DNA of 64,000 nt from a virus. Its lineage: Duplodnaviria > Caudoviricetes. The notes beneath the pieces were generated by a model. That model was not told the origin of the DNA. It worked only from the letters and a program-made list of their open reading frames with translations, and ran no database searches. This document shows, one piece after another, positions 39,072-48,908 of the stretch (the stretch's first letter is position 1; the number at the start of each line of letters is the position of its first letter). The stretch spans positions 87,639-151,638 of the IMG/VR virus record IMGVR_UViG_3300028591_000103; one strand, 5' to 3'. A program made the position numbers and the translations under genes.

Positions 39072-39767
39072 ATGCCGATTAATTATGAATCAGCATGGAA
39101 ACATCTGAAAACGTTTGTTTCGGATATGGAGTTTTATTCAAAGCCATATAAAGGCAATGGATTCCGAGCTGTCTTGCTTAAGATGGAAGAACTGGAAAAG
39201 GCTTTGAAAACAGACGAGCCGAAAGACGAATCATCAACGACGATATCCAGCATTCTCCGTAAGTATAATTTGTTAACAGATGATACCACATTGCCGGACA
39301 TCAAGATTGGTGACTTTACACTCGAACGTTCAAAACTCCCGAAATTTACCGCGGAAGATTTCAAGGTTGCAAAAGATGCTTTCAATTCAAGCATCCACGT
39401 TTATGGGATTGCTCATGAACTTGAAAGTCAATTGATTGAAACTGCAAATGCTGCAGCACGAGAAGTCGATAAATGGATTCTGGATATATTCAAAACACTT
39501 TACGGTTGTAAAAGCTTTGACGATGTATATCTCAAAATGACTCATCAGCAATATCTCACAGAATTCAAACACGCCATTGAACGCGTCAATGAACGATTGG
39601 AATATATTGACAATTCACAAGACAAATGGGAACGTGACGGAAATACGATAACATATTATCCGTTGCATGGATATCGATTGAGTGTTCCAAAAGAACCTGT
39701 CAAACCTTCTGAGGAACTGTATCAGAATCTTAAATCATTATGGGAGGAAGTCTACAATGAAAATTGA
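39072..39767 (+). CDS. hypothetical protein
   Basis: RBS AAAGGAGG, 231 aa. Confidence 0.7.
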   Translation: MPINYESAWKHLKTFVSDMEFYSKPYKGNGFRAVLLKMEELEKALKTDEPKDESSTTISSILRKYNLLTDDTTLPDIKIGDFTLERSKLPKFTAEDFKVAKDAFNSSIHVYGIAHELESQLIETANAAAREVDKWILDIFKTLYGCKSFDDVYLKMTHQQYLTEFKHAIERVNERLEYIDNSQDKWERDGNTITYYPLHGYRLSVPKEPVKPSEELYQNLKSLWEEVYNEN

Positions 39768-40161
39768 ACTTTGGTGCTTCAATCAGTCATCGACAGGAAT
39801 GCTCGATAATCCTGTTAGAACGGAAGTCTCATTTGTAACAAATGACGACGTCGACCGCGACACACTTCTCGAGCATATTAAACTTTATGACGGATCGACA
39901 GCAACACCGATTGATCTGGATTTGTATCGGCGCATGAAGAAATTTGCCGAAGAAGATGAGAAACTTCATGATTTCTATCGCGGAAGAAGCCCGGAACAGA
40001 TTAAGGAAATCTGTGACGGAATATATGAGAAAATTCATAAACGTGTTGAACGCAATGTCAGATCGCCACAAGTCAATTGGGAATACCGTAAACTCTCAGT
40101 CGGCATTGAGATTTTGCGTTCTTACAATATCTGGTGGACACCACAGACAGATGAGAAATAA
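39757..40161 (+). CDS. hypothetical protein
   Basis: RBS GGAGG, start MKIELW. Confidence 0.6.
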   Translation: MKIELWCFNQSSTGMLDNPVRTEVSFVTNDDVDRDTLLEHIKLYDGSTATPIDLDLYRRMKKFAEEDEKLHDFYRGRSPEQIKEICDGIYEKIHKRVERNVRSPQVNWEYRKLSVGIEILRSYNIWWTPQTDEK

Positions 40162-40178
40162 TAGGGGACAAGTGAAAT

Positions 40179-40562
40179 ATGGAAAATCATGCAAAAGATT
40201 CATTCACGTTGATTTCCGGTTTCTATTGGAAAGAGATGTTCAGACCGTCATTTATTGGACGACTCCAGAAGGCTACCGCAAAAATCTTTAGTGATAGTGA
40301 TCGAAAAAAGAAATACAGTACCACAAAGTTCAACCTCATCATCGAACCTGTTGAAAAACCGAAACCTGTTAAGCAGACAGAAGAGTTTGTTATTACCGAG
40401 AAAAGCACACTCAGAGAAATCGCAGAACATAACCCTGAGATGTTTGAACGGCTGATGTATGCGGTATTTGGTCCCGGATGGAAGGAATATTTCCACTGGA
40501 AAGCAACTGCAATAAAGGAGGCTGAAGAACATGACAGTGAGTCGGTTGAAGGAAATTCTTGA
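40179..40562 (+). CDS. hypothetical protein
   Basis: Packed + strand ORF. Confidence 0.6.
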   Translation: MENHAKDSFTLISGFYWKEMFRPSFIGRLQKATAKIFSDSDRKKKYSTTKFNLIIEPVEKPKPVKQTEEFVITEKSTLREIAEHNPEMFERLMYAVFGPGWKEYFHWKATAIKEAEEHDSESVEGNS

Positions 40563-40815
40563 AGAACTTGAAACAACAGGTGCTGGTAATTATAAAATCA
40601 GATTCTGTTGTGAATCAAAAAGTGAAGCAAGTGCGGATGGGACGGGAGCCGTTGTGCTCCCGTTTCGTGTATTTGACTTCTCCGACAGAGTGTATGAATT
40701 CAAGTTCAATAGTTATCTGACCAACAACGGCATGTATCCGTGCAAAACAACAATTTGCACGGACAACATTGATGTGAATCCAGCAGATGAAACTGTCACA
40801 TTCCATCAATCCTGA
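40531..40815 (+). CDS. hypothetical protein
   Basis: RBS AAGGAGG; MTVxxLxExL phage-type N-terminus. Confidence 0.6.
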   Translation: MTVSRLKEILEELETTGAGNYKIRFCCESKSEASADGTGAVVLPFRVFDFSDRVYEFKFNSYLTNNGMYPCKTTICTDNIDVNPADETVTFHQS

Positions 40816-40827
40816 AAGGAGAAACGT

Positions 40828-41415
40828 ATGTCAATAGCATTTGCATCATTCCTTGAAAGGGTTTCCCCCTCTCGAGTAAAACTTCGAGTGGTGATGTGGC
40901 ATGATACGTTCGAATTATATGTTGACAAAAACTACACACAGAAAATCAATTTTAAATACTATAGCATGGAGGAATGGGAAAACATTGACTTTGAGTCTTT
41001 AAATGAACGCTTGTGCTGGATTGATTGTTTTAAAGGACAAGATACAGCTTTTGTATTTGGAATGCCAAGAGAAGAAATTGTCAACGATATCATGTCGCGT
41101 TATATAAAGGAAAATTATCCGGGAGCTAGCGAATTCAACTCAATATTTATGGAGCGTGAACTTTCCGGTGCATGGTTACGGATTTGCAAACAATACGATC
41201 CAAATCTGGAAAAGGTTCTTACCGAGGCGACTGCTAAGAAAATCGGTATCAATATTCCGAAAACCGATGCGATGATCGAAAAGATTAATACGCTGATCGA
41301 TTCATTTGTTGATGACAGCTGGGTTGCAGAACATTTGAAAGGTGAGATCAGCAATATCCTGAATGGAGGTAAAGTGGATGAACGCGCGGCAGAAGAAGAA
41401 ACTCAAGAAACGTGA
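40828..41415 (+). CDS. hypothetical protein
   Basis: RBS GAAAGGAG, 195 aa. Confidence 0.65.
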   Translation: MSIAFASFLERVSPSRVKLRVVMWHDTFELYVDKNYTQKINFKYYSMEEWENIDFESLNERLCWIDCFKGQDTAFVFGMPREEIVNDIMSRYIKENYPGASEFNSIFMERELSGAWLRICKQYDPNLEKVLTEATAKKIGINIPKTDAMIEKINTLIDSFVDDSWVAEHLKGEISNILNGGKVDERAAEEETQET

Positions 41416-41821
41416 TGGCCATTTCCATTACAAAGATTATCGCTGGTGGCAACGTGTATGGGAACTCGCAGAAGCGAAACATGGTGTTGAGTACGTGAAA
41501 GCTTGGAGGCTGGAGACAGCCAACATGAAAAGTTTTCAGCGAAATATGATTTACATCGTGACATCACCTTTCACGACAAACCGCTTTAAATCGTGGCCGG
41601 TGGATGTAACACTTTTGCGAGGTGTATATCCTGGAACGCAAGTGGAACCACCACCAACAGACAAGCCTGAAATTGAGATTCCTTTTACGGAATTATCGGA
41701 ATCAACTCCAGAGTTTGCATCTAAGGTTGAGCGGTATCTCAACGAATGGCATGCATGTATGAATAACCGTAAGAAGGCGGCATCATCTGCATGTGAAGCA
41801 ATGGGAATGGAGGCAGATTGA
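41378..41821 (+). CDS. basic N-terminal module family protein
   Basis: MNARQKKKLKKRDGHFHYKDY; RBS GGAGGT. Confidence 0.65.
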   Translation: MNARQKKKLKKRDGHFHYKDYRWWQRVWELAEAKHGVEYVKAWRLETANMKSFQRNMIYIVTSPFTTNRFKSWPVDVTLLRGVYPGTQVEPPPTDKPEIEIPFTELSESTPEFASKVERYLNEWHACMNNRKKAASSACEAMGMEAD

Positions 41822-42184
41822 ATGCATTGGAGAAAACGTAAAAGATTGCGTCGTATTGCTCAGCATTATGGATACACCCATTACTGGGAATACAAACGTA
41901 ATCTGAAGTTTTGTATTCATTATACCGCATTCGAGTATGCACTCAACAACGGTTCGATTCATTGGTCGGAGATTCTTCCCAGAATGAATCAAATGTTTTG
42001 CAAAGCCGGACTTCCTGAGTATTGTATGACTCAGGAAGAATGGTATGAAAAAGTTATGGGAAGAGTCAATGAACTTGAACAACAGGACGGGATGATCGTT
42101 CAATTTACAAATGATGAATCCGTGTCTCAATCAATCAAAATCGACAAACCAACAAATATTATTGTCAAACACAATTTTGATTGA
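41822..42184 (+). CDS. basic N-terminal module family protein
   Basis: MHWRKRKRLRRIAQHYGYTHYWEY. Confidence 0.65.
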   Translation: MHWRKRKRLRRIAQHYGYTHYWEYKRNLKFCIHYTAFEYALNNGSIHWSEILPRMNQMFCKAGLPEYCMTQEEWYEKVMGRVNELEQQDGMIVQFTNDESVSQSIKIDKPTNIIVKHNFD

Positions 42185-42203
42185 TACTCTTGGAGGGGTT
42201 ATA

Positions 42204-42371
42204 ATGAACTGGAGAAAACGGAAGAAGCTTCGTAAGATTGCGCATGCACATGGAAAATCCCATTATTATGAATGGAGAAGCATAATTAAAGGACTATGTC
42301 ATCTCGACCTATATATGACATATTGCAGAGAGAAACGAAGCGAAGCTTGGCGAGTATTAGTCGGTAAATAG
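42204..42371 (+). CDS. basic N-terminal module family protein (55 aa)
   Basis: MNWRKRKKLRKIAHAHGKSHYYEW; RBS GGAGG. Confidence 0.65.
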   Translation: MNWRKRKKLRKIAHAHGKSHYYEWRSIIKGLCHLDLYMTYCREKRSEAWRVLVGK

Positions 42372-42381
42372 GAGGAAAACT

Positions 42382-43083
42382 ATGAGTGGTGAATATGTGA
42401 CTAGCTATGTTACAAGAATCCACAGAGATGAGTGTGCATGCTGTGGATGTCGCGGTCAAGTTGGACCGGGAATTCCTTATAACGGAACTCTTCTGTTCTG
42501 TGGTATACCGCTTTGTTTCAGATGTGCATCTGGAATCAAAGATCGATATAATGAATATTCTCAGAAATTCGGATGGAAAATTCGTCCGAGTATTTATGAA
42601 ACTTTGATGAAGGATAACGGTTCGGCTGAGGAAGAGGAAGCTTCTTTTGCTAAACATTGCAGTCTTCTGAAAAACTATGACATCTACGACAAGACAAAAT
42701 ATGAACTCAAGGCAATACGATTGAGAGTTGATCTGAATACATGTGATGGTAACCGGGAAGCATTCATTAATTTCATTAAAAGCTCTTCAACTTTCAGAGA
42801 TAAATTGAATAATGGGGAAATCCATATCATTCGTAGATCTTCCATACAGAATCCGACATCATTTTATGAATCGGATAAATGGCTGGCGACTGTCGATAAT
42901 GTTGTCTATGCATCTTACAACGATTATCTTTATCTCGAAATTACGCCGATTGATGACGATGTTGATTTCAAAGAATTCGTCATTTATCCGTTTCCGGTTC
43001 ACTACCCATGGTGCAAAGCGAAAACGATCCAGGATTGTCTCGGATTCTATGCTGTACCGAAGGAGGATGATGATAGTGTTTAA
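42382..43083 (+). CDS. hypothetical protein with N-terminal Zn finger
   Basis: CACCG...LCFRC. Confidence 0.65.
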   Translation: MSGEYVTSYVTRIHRDECACCGCRGQVGPGIPYNGTLLFCGIPLCFRCASGIKDRYNEYSQKFGWKIRPSIYETLMKDNGSAEEEEASFAKHCSLLKNYDIYDKTKYELKAIRLRVDLNTCDGNREAFINFIKSSSTFRDKLNNGEIHIIRRSSIQNPTSFYESDKWLATVDNVVYASYNDYLYLEITPIDDDVDFKEFVIYPFPVHYPWCKAKTIQDCLGFYAVPKEDDDSV

Positions 43084-43684
43084 GGAAGTACATACATTGG
43101 AAGATCTCAAATATGTACACTTTGTTGTGTTGATATTTCGAGATGCTGATCAATGTATAAAGTATCACATTGACTTCGAAAGAATGAAACTCTCTCCAAA
43201 CAAACAATACTGGGCATTAGTCACCGATGTCAAAAAGGCGGATGATATTCATACAAAAGATGGATTCTATGTTTCTTTTAAAAGAGACGATAATTATATG
43301 AATGATATATGGATCCCATGTGATTTGTGTGAGAACGGTATCACCGCATATATCTTCAGAACCCCAGATGAAGAAACGGCATTATTAGATTATAAAGCAG
43401 CCAAAATCGCTGACATCTTGGAACGGACTGTGTTAAAATACGATGAACATCCGAGACGTTCTGAAGATGAAAGTCTCCAGACGATTCTTGAAAGAAACGC
43501 AGATGAAAAGTATATCAAAGAACTCTGTCAAGAAGTGGGGTTATATGATCCCAATAACCATGACAGACTTGATATCCAATGGTTGCATTGGGGACCCAGA
43601 CATCATTACAGAGTTTCTTATAGTCAGAACGGAAACGGAAATGGCATCTCATTTGATGTTAACATTGGCGCACAGATTATTTGA
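43070..43684 (+). CDS. hypothetical protein
   Basis: RBS AAGGAGG; overlaps the upstream stop. Confidence 0.6.
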   Translation: MIVFKEVHTLEDLKYVHFVVLIFRDADQCIKYHIDFERMKLSPNKQYWALVTDVKKADDIHTKDGFYVSFKRDDNYMNDIWIPCDLCENGITAYIFRTPDEETALLDYKAAKIADILERTVLKYDEHPRRSEDESLQTILERNADEKYIKELCQEVGLYDPNNHDRLDIQWLHWGPRHHYRVSYSQNGNGNGISFDVNIGAQII

Positions 43685-43708
43685 CAAATATGAAAGGAGG
43701 TAAACAAA

Positions 43709-44038
43709 ATGCTGTGTCTTGAATTTCCGAACAAAGCTTTTGATGAGTGTCAATTCGATTTTCCGGATGATATGCGAAAACTCATTGATCTTCTTGAGCG
43801 AGATGGTATCAAGATCAATTGCGATCTGAAGACGGTTGAGAAACTCTGGTATGCTTTCTCTGAAACATGGGACGCCCATTTTCTGAACGTCTCTGACACG
43901 GATGAAAATGATACCTATCCCAGATTCCTTGAATGGGTTAAGGATATTGACATCGAGACAGCAGACCATATGAATTACTATGGGACGGTAACCAATGAGG
44001 TATATCGTCCCTGGGATGAAGAGGAGAATGACGAATGA
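43709..44038 (+). CDS. hypothetical protein
   Basis: RBS GAAAGGAGG. Confidence 0.65.
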   Translation: MLCLEFPNKAFDECQFDFPDDMRKLIDLLERDGIKINCDLKTVEKLWYAFSETWDAHFLNVSDTDENDTYPRFLEWVKDIDIETADHMNYYGTVTNEVYRPWDEEENDE

Positions 44039-45030
44039 ATCGTCTGTATTTTTGTGCGTTGTATAAGTATCTCTACGAAAAGAGGTATAATGCATCGTAT
44101 GTTCATGTCGAACCCGACCACTACTGGGATCCATACACGTTGATTAGATTCCGGAGACTCGACCCGAAACCTGCAGATCCGGACAATCCTGACATACAGT
44201 TTCTGTTTGTGTATCTATCATACAATCAGGGTCTATGCATCATTGACCCGAAAGCAATGGAAATGCTTATGCTCCATGAACGGTTGTATTATCTGAGCTA
44301 TGCTGAACCGGATTGGATCGAACTTCGGACGGGCGGATTCAAGAAATCAGCGATGCTCAAAGAGATTGAAGAAGATAAACCGTTCCACAGATATTTCGAT
44401 ATCAAATCTAATATCGAATTCGAGCTTGGACGGAATGATTACAACTGCTCGAAAGAAGAGCAAAGAAATAAGCTGGTCACCGACTATGTCAAAGACATTG
44501 AGAAAGACATGAGTATCTGGCCACCATATCTCATCGGTGAAATGATGGATGATTCCGGTGAACGAATGAAGAAGGAAGCAATGTTAAATGGCCGGTATTT
44601 GTTTTCAATTGGTCTGATTCAGGTTCTCAGTGTTATGGCTGCGGAACTTGACAAACGTTATCTTCCGACTGTTATTGGTCAAACTGATGGAATCAAATCA
44701 TGTTTCAATACATTCTCCAAAGATGAGTTCGAAGTATACTGGGGAAGGATGTGGGCGTGTAGTGGAACATATATCCCAGCTGCTATGTGGTTGACATGTT
44801 TCGATAATGGTCTGATTCGTATCGATATACCACACACGAATCAACAGACGGATATTCTTCAACTTGATCCGAGAACTTTTGTACGTTTACCGTATCCGAT
44901 GATATACAACACGGACGACTGTAAATATCTTCCGACTGACAGGTGGTATGATGTACTGAAGTTGAAGATCAATGAGTACCTGATGATGGCGAACATCAAT
45001 AACCACTACAACAGAAAGGACGAAAAATGA
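44035..45030 (+). CDS. hypothetical protein
   Basis: 331 aa, ATGA overlap. Confidence 0.7.
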   Translation: MNRLYFCALYKYLYEKRYNASYVHVEPDHYWDPYTLIRFRRLDPKPADPDNPDIQFLFVYLSYNQGLCIIDPKAMEMLMLHERLYYLSYAEPDWIELRTGGFKKSAMLKEIEEDKPFHRYFDIKSNIEFELGRNDYNCSKEEQRNKLVTDYVKDIEKDMSIWPPYLIGEMMDDSGERMKKEAMLNGRYLFSIGLIQVLSVMAAELDKRYLPTVIGQTDGIKSCFNTFSKDEFEVYWGRMWACSGTYIPAAMWLTCFDNGLIRIDIPHTNQQTDILQLDPRTFVRLPYPMIYNTDDCKYLPTDRWYDVLKLKINEYLMMANINNHYNRKDEK

Positions 45031-45473
45031 ATACAAATATTGAACGTGTACCGTGCCATCCCAACATGCCAATTTGTCTCATGTTAACATGGACGATTTA
45101 TACACTGGATGGATGTTCAGGCGGTGGTCTCGCACATGCCGTTGTTGATGAAGAAAACCTGGACATTGCATGCATCAATGCGACGCTTGCGGATTGCAAT
45201 AAACCGGAAAACAAGGATCGTCCTGAACGTCATCTTGTTGGAGCTCTGATGGAGTATATGCAGAAAATGACGTTAAAGCAAAGATATCTGATGTATCGAT
45301 TTGCAGAAGATAATACTGACTTCATGAACGATTTTGAGGAAGCAAAGTATTTTGAGTCAAAATACAATGATTGGTATGATCTGCGTGAGAACTACATCAA
45401 TTCGACTCTGCTCCCGAAGTTGAAAGAGTTCTGTGTACGGAGGGGGTGCTTGAATGAACTGGAGGAAACGTAA
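45027..45473 (+). CDS. hypothetical protein
   Basis: GGLAHAVVDEENL motif, ATGA overlap. Confidence 0.65.
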   Translation: MNTNIERVPCHPNMPICLMLTWTIYTLDGCSGGGLAHAVVDEENLDIACINATLADCNKPENKDRPERHLVGALMEYMQKMTLKQRYLMYRFAEDNTDFMNDFEEAKYFESKYNDWYDLRENYINSTLLPKLKEFCVRRGCLNELEET

Positions 45474-45831
45474 GAAACTTAACAAACTTGCGAAGAAGCA
45501 TGGTCTCATCCATGGCTACGAATACAAAAACTTCATTCGCAAGAAAGTTATCAGATATAAGAACCGGAATGGGCGCAGATATTCTCCGGAATTTTTGTCA
45601 GCTGCCATTACTGACTTCAAACAGCGTCATGATCAATTGATCAAAGAAGGAAAATGGCGAGGTGAAATTGACCATCCTTCCGACAGACTGCCTGGTGGCG
45701 AGAATTGGGGATATCCCGTACAGGCACATGTTGATCTTGCGCAACATCCCGATGTAACAACCGAAGCCAGAATCGGCATATCACCAAAAGGAGATGTAAA
45801 ATTTTATGGATTCGACATCTGCAAAACATGA
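45454..45831 (+). CDS. basic N-terminal module family protein
   Basis: MNWRKRKKLNKLAKKHGLIHGYEY. Confidence 0.65.
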   Translation: MNWRKRKKLNKLAKKHGLIHGYEYKNFIRKKVIRYKNRNGRRYSPEFLSAAITDFKQRHDQLIKEGKWRGEIDHPSDRLPGGENWGYPVQAHVDLAQHPDVTTEARIGISPKGDVKFYGFDICKT

Positions 45832-46033
45832 TGACACAACCGATGATGATACATTTCGCAAGAAGCTCCAAGAGGAAATTCAAAAGATAATGGATAGCAC
45901 ATCAATTATACAACCGCCTATAGAACTATCACACTTGCCATATCCATTACCACCGTTCAAACCGGACAGTGTTCCTTTTGAAAAATTAGAGTGGATCATT
46001 CCACCAATACCAGTTAAATCTGAGGAGGAATAA
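45806..46033 (+). CDS. hypothetical Pro-rich protein
   Basis: RBS AAAGGAG. Confidence 0.5.
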   Translation: MDSTSAKHDDTTDDDTFRKKLQEEIQKIMDSTSIIQPPIELSHLPYPLPPFKPDSVPFEKLEWIIPPIPVKSEEE

Positions 46034-46034
46034 A

Positions 46035-46346
46035 ATGAGTGTATATTATCAGCGCGGTGATGTTTTCCGCATTCGGTTTCTTGATAATGAAACACTGCAG
46101 ACAATCAAGAAGGCTGATAACATTTCTGAAGATGAGTTGACACTCGGTGGAAGATATACAGCGGTCTTCGAAGGTTATCATGCTGATCAGGAATTGATGG
46201 ATTTTGCAATCCTTGGCAACAAGTATCTGCTCATCCAGGTTCGAATCAAGAAATCCGAAATTGATGATAAACGCATTTCAGCGAAATGCGTTTGGAAGTG
46301 TACCAAAATTTATACATCTACAGCGGGAGGAAATGAAAATGGATAA
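46035..46346 (+). CDS. hypothetical small beta-barrel family protein
   Basis: YQRGDVFRIRF pattern shared with 49961, 51246, 52058 and 54043. Confidence 0.6.
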   Translation: MSVYYQRGDVFRIRFLDNETLQTIKKADNISEDELTLGGRYTAVFEGYHADQELMDFAILGNKYLLIQVRIKKSEIDDKRISAKCVWKCTKIYTSTAGGNENG

Positions 46347-46860
46347 GAAAATTGTTTTGGGAAAGAATACGGGTGATACGAATGAAAGATCGATCGACAT
46401 TTCATATCACGATGTCGCAACGTTGCATCATTCGTTCATCGGTCTGATGGAACGGATGTGGAAAGCGCTCAAGAATCGCGATAAAGCTCCGTTCAAAGAC
46501 ATGGATCTCCCCGAAATCGATTTAACCAATTTCAAGATGAAGATTCTTGAAAATGAGGAAACATGGAATGCCAACAATGGTGACATTACCATCGTTCGGT
46601 TCTATGTTAGAAATGTCTTTGATGATAGCAATCGAAAATGGTTTGCATTCAGAGACATGACACTCAGAACATTTCTGCCATATGACAGCGATGTGAAGAC
46701 CGGTCGGTATGACTTCGATTCCATGTGGGGATGGTTCCGCAAAATGAAAGTACAGGACACAGAGAAATATGCACCGCTCTATGATGAGGCGCAATCTCTC
46801 ACATGGTACCTCAATCGTTGTGTGAGCAAATTCTTGTACAATAATATTCACGCAGATTAA
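46339..46860 (+). CDS. hypothetical protein
   Basis: RBS GGAGG, start MDKKIV. Confidence 0.65.
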   Translation: MDKKIVLGKNTGDTNERSIDISYHDVATLHHSFIGLMERMWKALKNRDKAPFKDMDLPEIDLTNFKMKILENEETWNANNGDITIVRFYVRNVFDDSNRKWFAFRDMTLRTFLPYDSDVKTGRYDFDSMWGWFRKMKVQDTEKYAPLYDEAQSLTWYLNRCVSKFLYNNIHAD

Positions 46861-46893
46861 TATCTAAATTCAAATATAAGGAGGACAAATCAA

Positions 46894-47904
46894 ATGAAAA
46901 TCATTAAGCAAGAAGCACATCTGCTGGACACTACAGGTATGTCCCAGTATCAGGTGATCGAGAAAGTCGGTCGCACCTGTTACAAGTCCGAAGACAAAAT
47001 CACGGATGAATCTGCGGCAAAGTTCGTAGCTTCTCTCGCGAAGTCTGGTCATCATGCGATGATTGAGTTCGGTTACATTTTCTTGAAAATTACTGATATC
47101 GATTTTTGTGAATGGTTCATTTACAATAAACCGGATTTCATCAGACTGATGAGTGGATATGTTGTCGGTAATATGAGAGCATTTTACGATTGGTACAATG
47201 CGTATCTTACCGGAAAAATCATGTTCCGAAGTGATGATCCTATTGAGGAATTTACCGATCTGCTTCACATGTTGAGTCTCAAGTATCCTGAAGTTTATGG
47301 GAATCTGTATGCGGAATTCCATGAAGCATTTGAGAAATCGTTCAATGATTCTGATGCACCGAATCCAGATGATGTTACATATCCATTTATCTTGATGGAT
47401 CAGGAAGAATTTTATCAAGACTTCAACAGCGGACGTGGTAACATCAATGGAAATTTAAAGTACATCAAATTTCACATTGTGATGTTCACAACGAATCGCG
47501 GAGTTTCGCATGAAATGGTTCGTCATCGTCCGTGTTCGTTTGCACAGGAATCTACTCGGTACTGTGATTACAACAAATCAAAGTTAGGTGGTGAACTCAC
47601 TGTTATCGAACCGCTGTTCGAGAAGTATACACCAAATTACGCCACATGGCATTTGCTTACCGGCGCGAGCGAACTGGCATATCATTCGCTTATTGCAAAT
47701 GGCGCAAGACCACAGGAAGCCCGCGGTGTGTTGACAAATGATCTGAAGACAGATATCTGGGTCGGTGCATTCGAGGATGAATGGCAACATATGATCAATC
47801 TGCGATATCATGGTACAACCGGTGCACCACATCCGCAGATCAAAGAGCTGATGGGTATTGCATATCCACAGATTGTGGCTGCGTCTGAGGGAAGACTGAA
47901 ATAA
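46894..47904 (+). CDS. thyX: FAD-dependent thymidylate synthase
   Basis: GRTCYKS, GHHAMIEF, RHRPCSFAQESTRY signature, QEARGVL, APHPQIKEL. Confidence 0.92.
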   Translation: MKIIKQEAHLLDTTGMSQYQVIEKVGRTCYKSEDKITDESAAKFVASLAKSGHHAMIEFGYIFLKITDIDFCEWFIYNKPDFIRLMSGYVVGNMRAFYDWYNAYLTGKIMFRSDDPIEEFTDLLHMLSLKYPEVYGNLYAEFHEAFEKSFNDSDAPNPDDVTYPFILMDQEEFYQDFNSGRGNINGNLKYIKFHIVMFTTNRGVSHEMVRHRPCSFAQESTRYCDYNKSKLGGELTVIEPLFEKYTPNYATWHLLTGASELAYHSLIANGARPQEARGVLTNDLKTDIWVGAFEDEWQHMINLRYHGTTGAPHPQIKELMGIAYPQIVAASEGRLK

Positions 47905-47915
47905 AATGATAAAAC

Positions 47916-47950
47916 ATATGGGGCGGGAAACCGCCCCATATACAATTTTT
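47916..47950 (+). terminator. intrinsic terminator
   Basis: atatggggcgg-gaaa-ccgccccatat followed by a T run. Confidence 0.75.
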
Positions 47951-47968
47951 TGAAAGGATGTGTTCATT

Positions 47969-48604
47969 ATGAACGACAATAAAGACATTAAATTTACAGG
48001 TGATCCGGTAGAGATGATTCAGATGAAAACCTCAATCGGCATTGTCGTTAAGATCCTTCATGATCGACGCAAAAAATATAAGAAAGAATTGTTCAACACA
48101 CCTTCCGATTCTCCGGAATTTACGGAGAAAAAGAATGATATTGACGAAATGAAGAAGATCATTAATGGACTTTCACAACTCTCCAACGAACTGAATATTC
48201 CGGTTGTTACTGCACAACAGACTTCATATACCCGTGAAGAAGTTGAAGCAATCAAGAAAAAAGCTGCTGATAAAGCGATCGAAGATTTCCTGAGAGACAG
48301 AAGTCCTGAAAATGTTGATCGCATTATTAAGGAAATCGGTTCAGGAGTTATCGTTGACAGACTCGAAACAAATCCTATGAGTGTAAGCCGGCTCTTCAGC
48401 AAACGGTTTGTTGACCTCTTAAGCACCCCGGAAGGAAAAGAACGTGCCAGATGGTTTTATGACCCGGATGATTTGTTCAAGGATCTGATTGATCGCGTTG
48501 AAAATAAACGTGGGTTTGGTAGAGATTATCGAGACTATCTTCCATTACTTATCAAACTCAATCGCGCGTTCGAAGAATATCTTCAGGAGAAAAATCATGA
48601 ATAA
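47969..48604 (+). CDS. hypothetical protein with an isolated DnaB-like motif
   Basis: LSQLSNELNIPVVTAQQT. Confidence 0.6.
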   Translation: MNDNKDIKFTGDPVEMIQMKTSIGIVVKILHDRRKKYKKELFNTPSDSPEFTEKKNDIDEMKKIINGLSQLSNELNIPVVTAQQTSYTREEVEAIKKKAADKAIEDFLRDRSPENVDRIIKEIGSGVIVDRLETNPMSVSRLFSKRFVDLLSTPEGKERARWFYDPDDLFKDLIDRVENKRGFGRDYRDYLPLLIKLNRAFEEYLQEKNHE

Positions 48605-48908
48605 AATGATGCATGGTGACCAAATTGTTTCGGGAGTAAAAAACCGAATGCATGTGACAAATCATTTCCGATCCAAACGATGGACAGTTGAAGTTCGAGG
48701 TCATATTGCAACCATTTGTCCAATGGATAACGATAGGACATGGGTATACTATCGGAACTGCTGGTTCAAAGTTAAGATTGATGAATTGGTCACATTCCAT
48801 GATGATACACAGGGTGACCTCGATAAACTTTTCAATGATTCCATGAGAGAAGCAATCGAAAAGTATATTGACGAAAATCATATTACATTTGGGGATGATC
48901 TGTCATGA
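48597..48908 (+). CDS. hypothetical protein
   Basis: RBS AGGAG, overlap-coupled. Confidence 0.6.
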   Translation: MNKMMHGDQIVSGVKNRMHVTNHFRSKRWTVEVRGHIATICPMDNDRTWVYYRNCWFKVKIDELVTFHDDTQGDLDKLFNDSMREAIEKYIDENHITFGDDLS

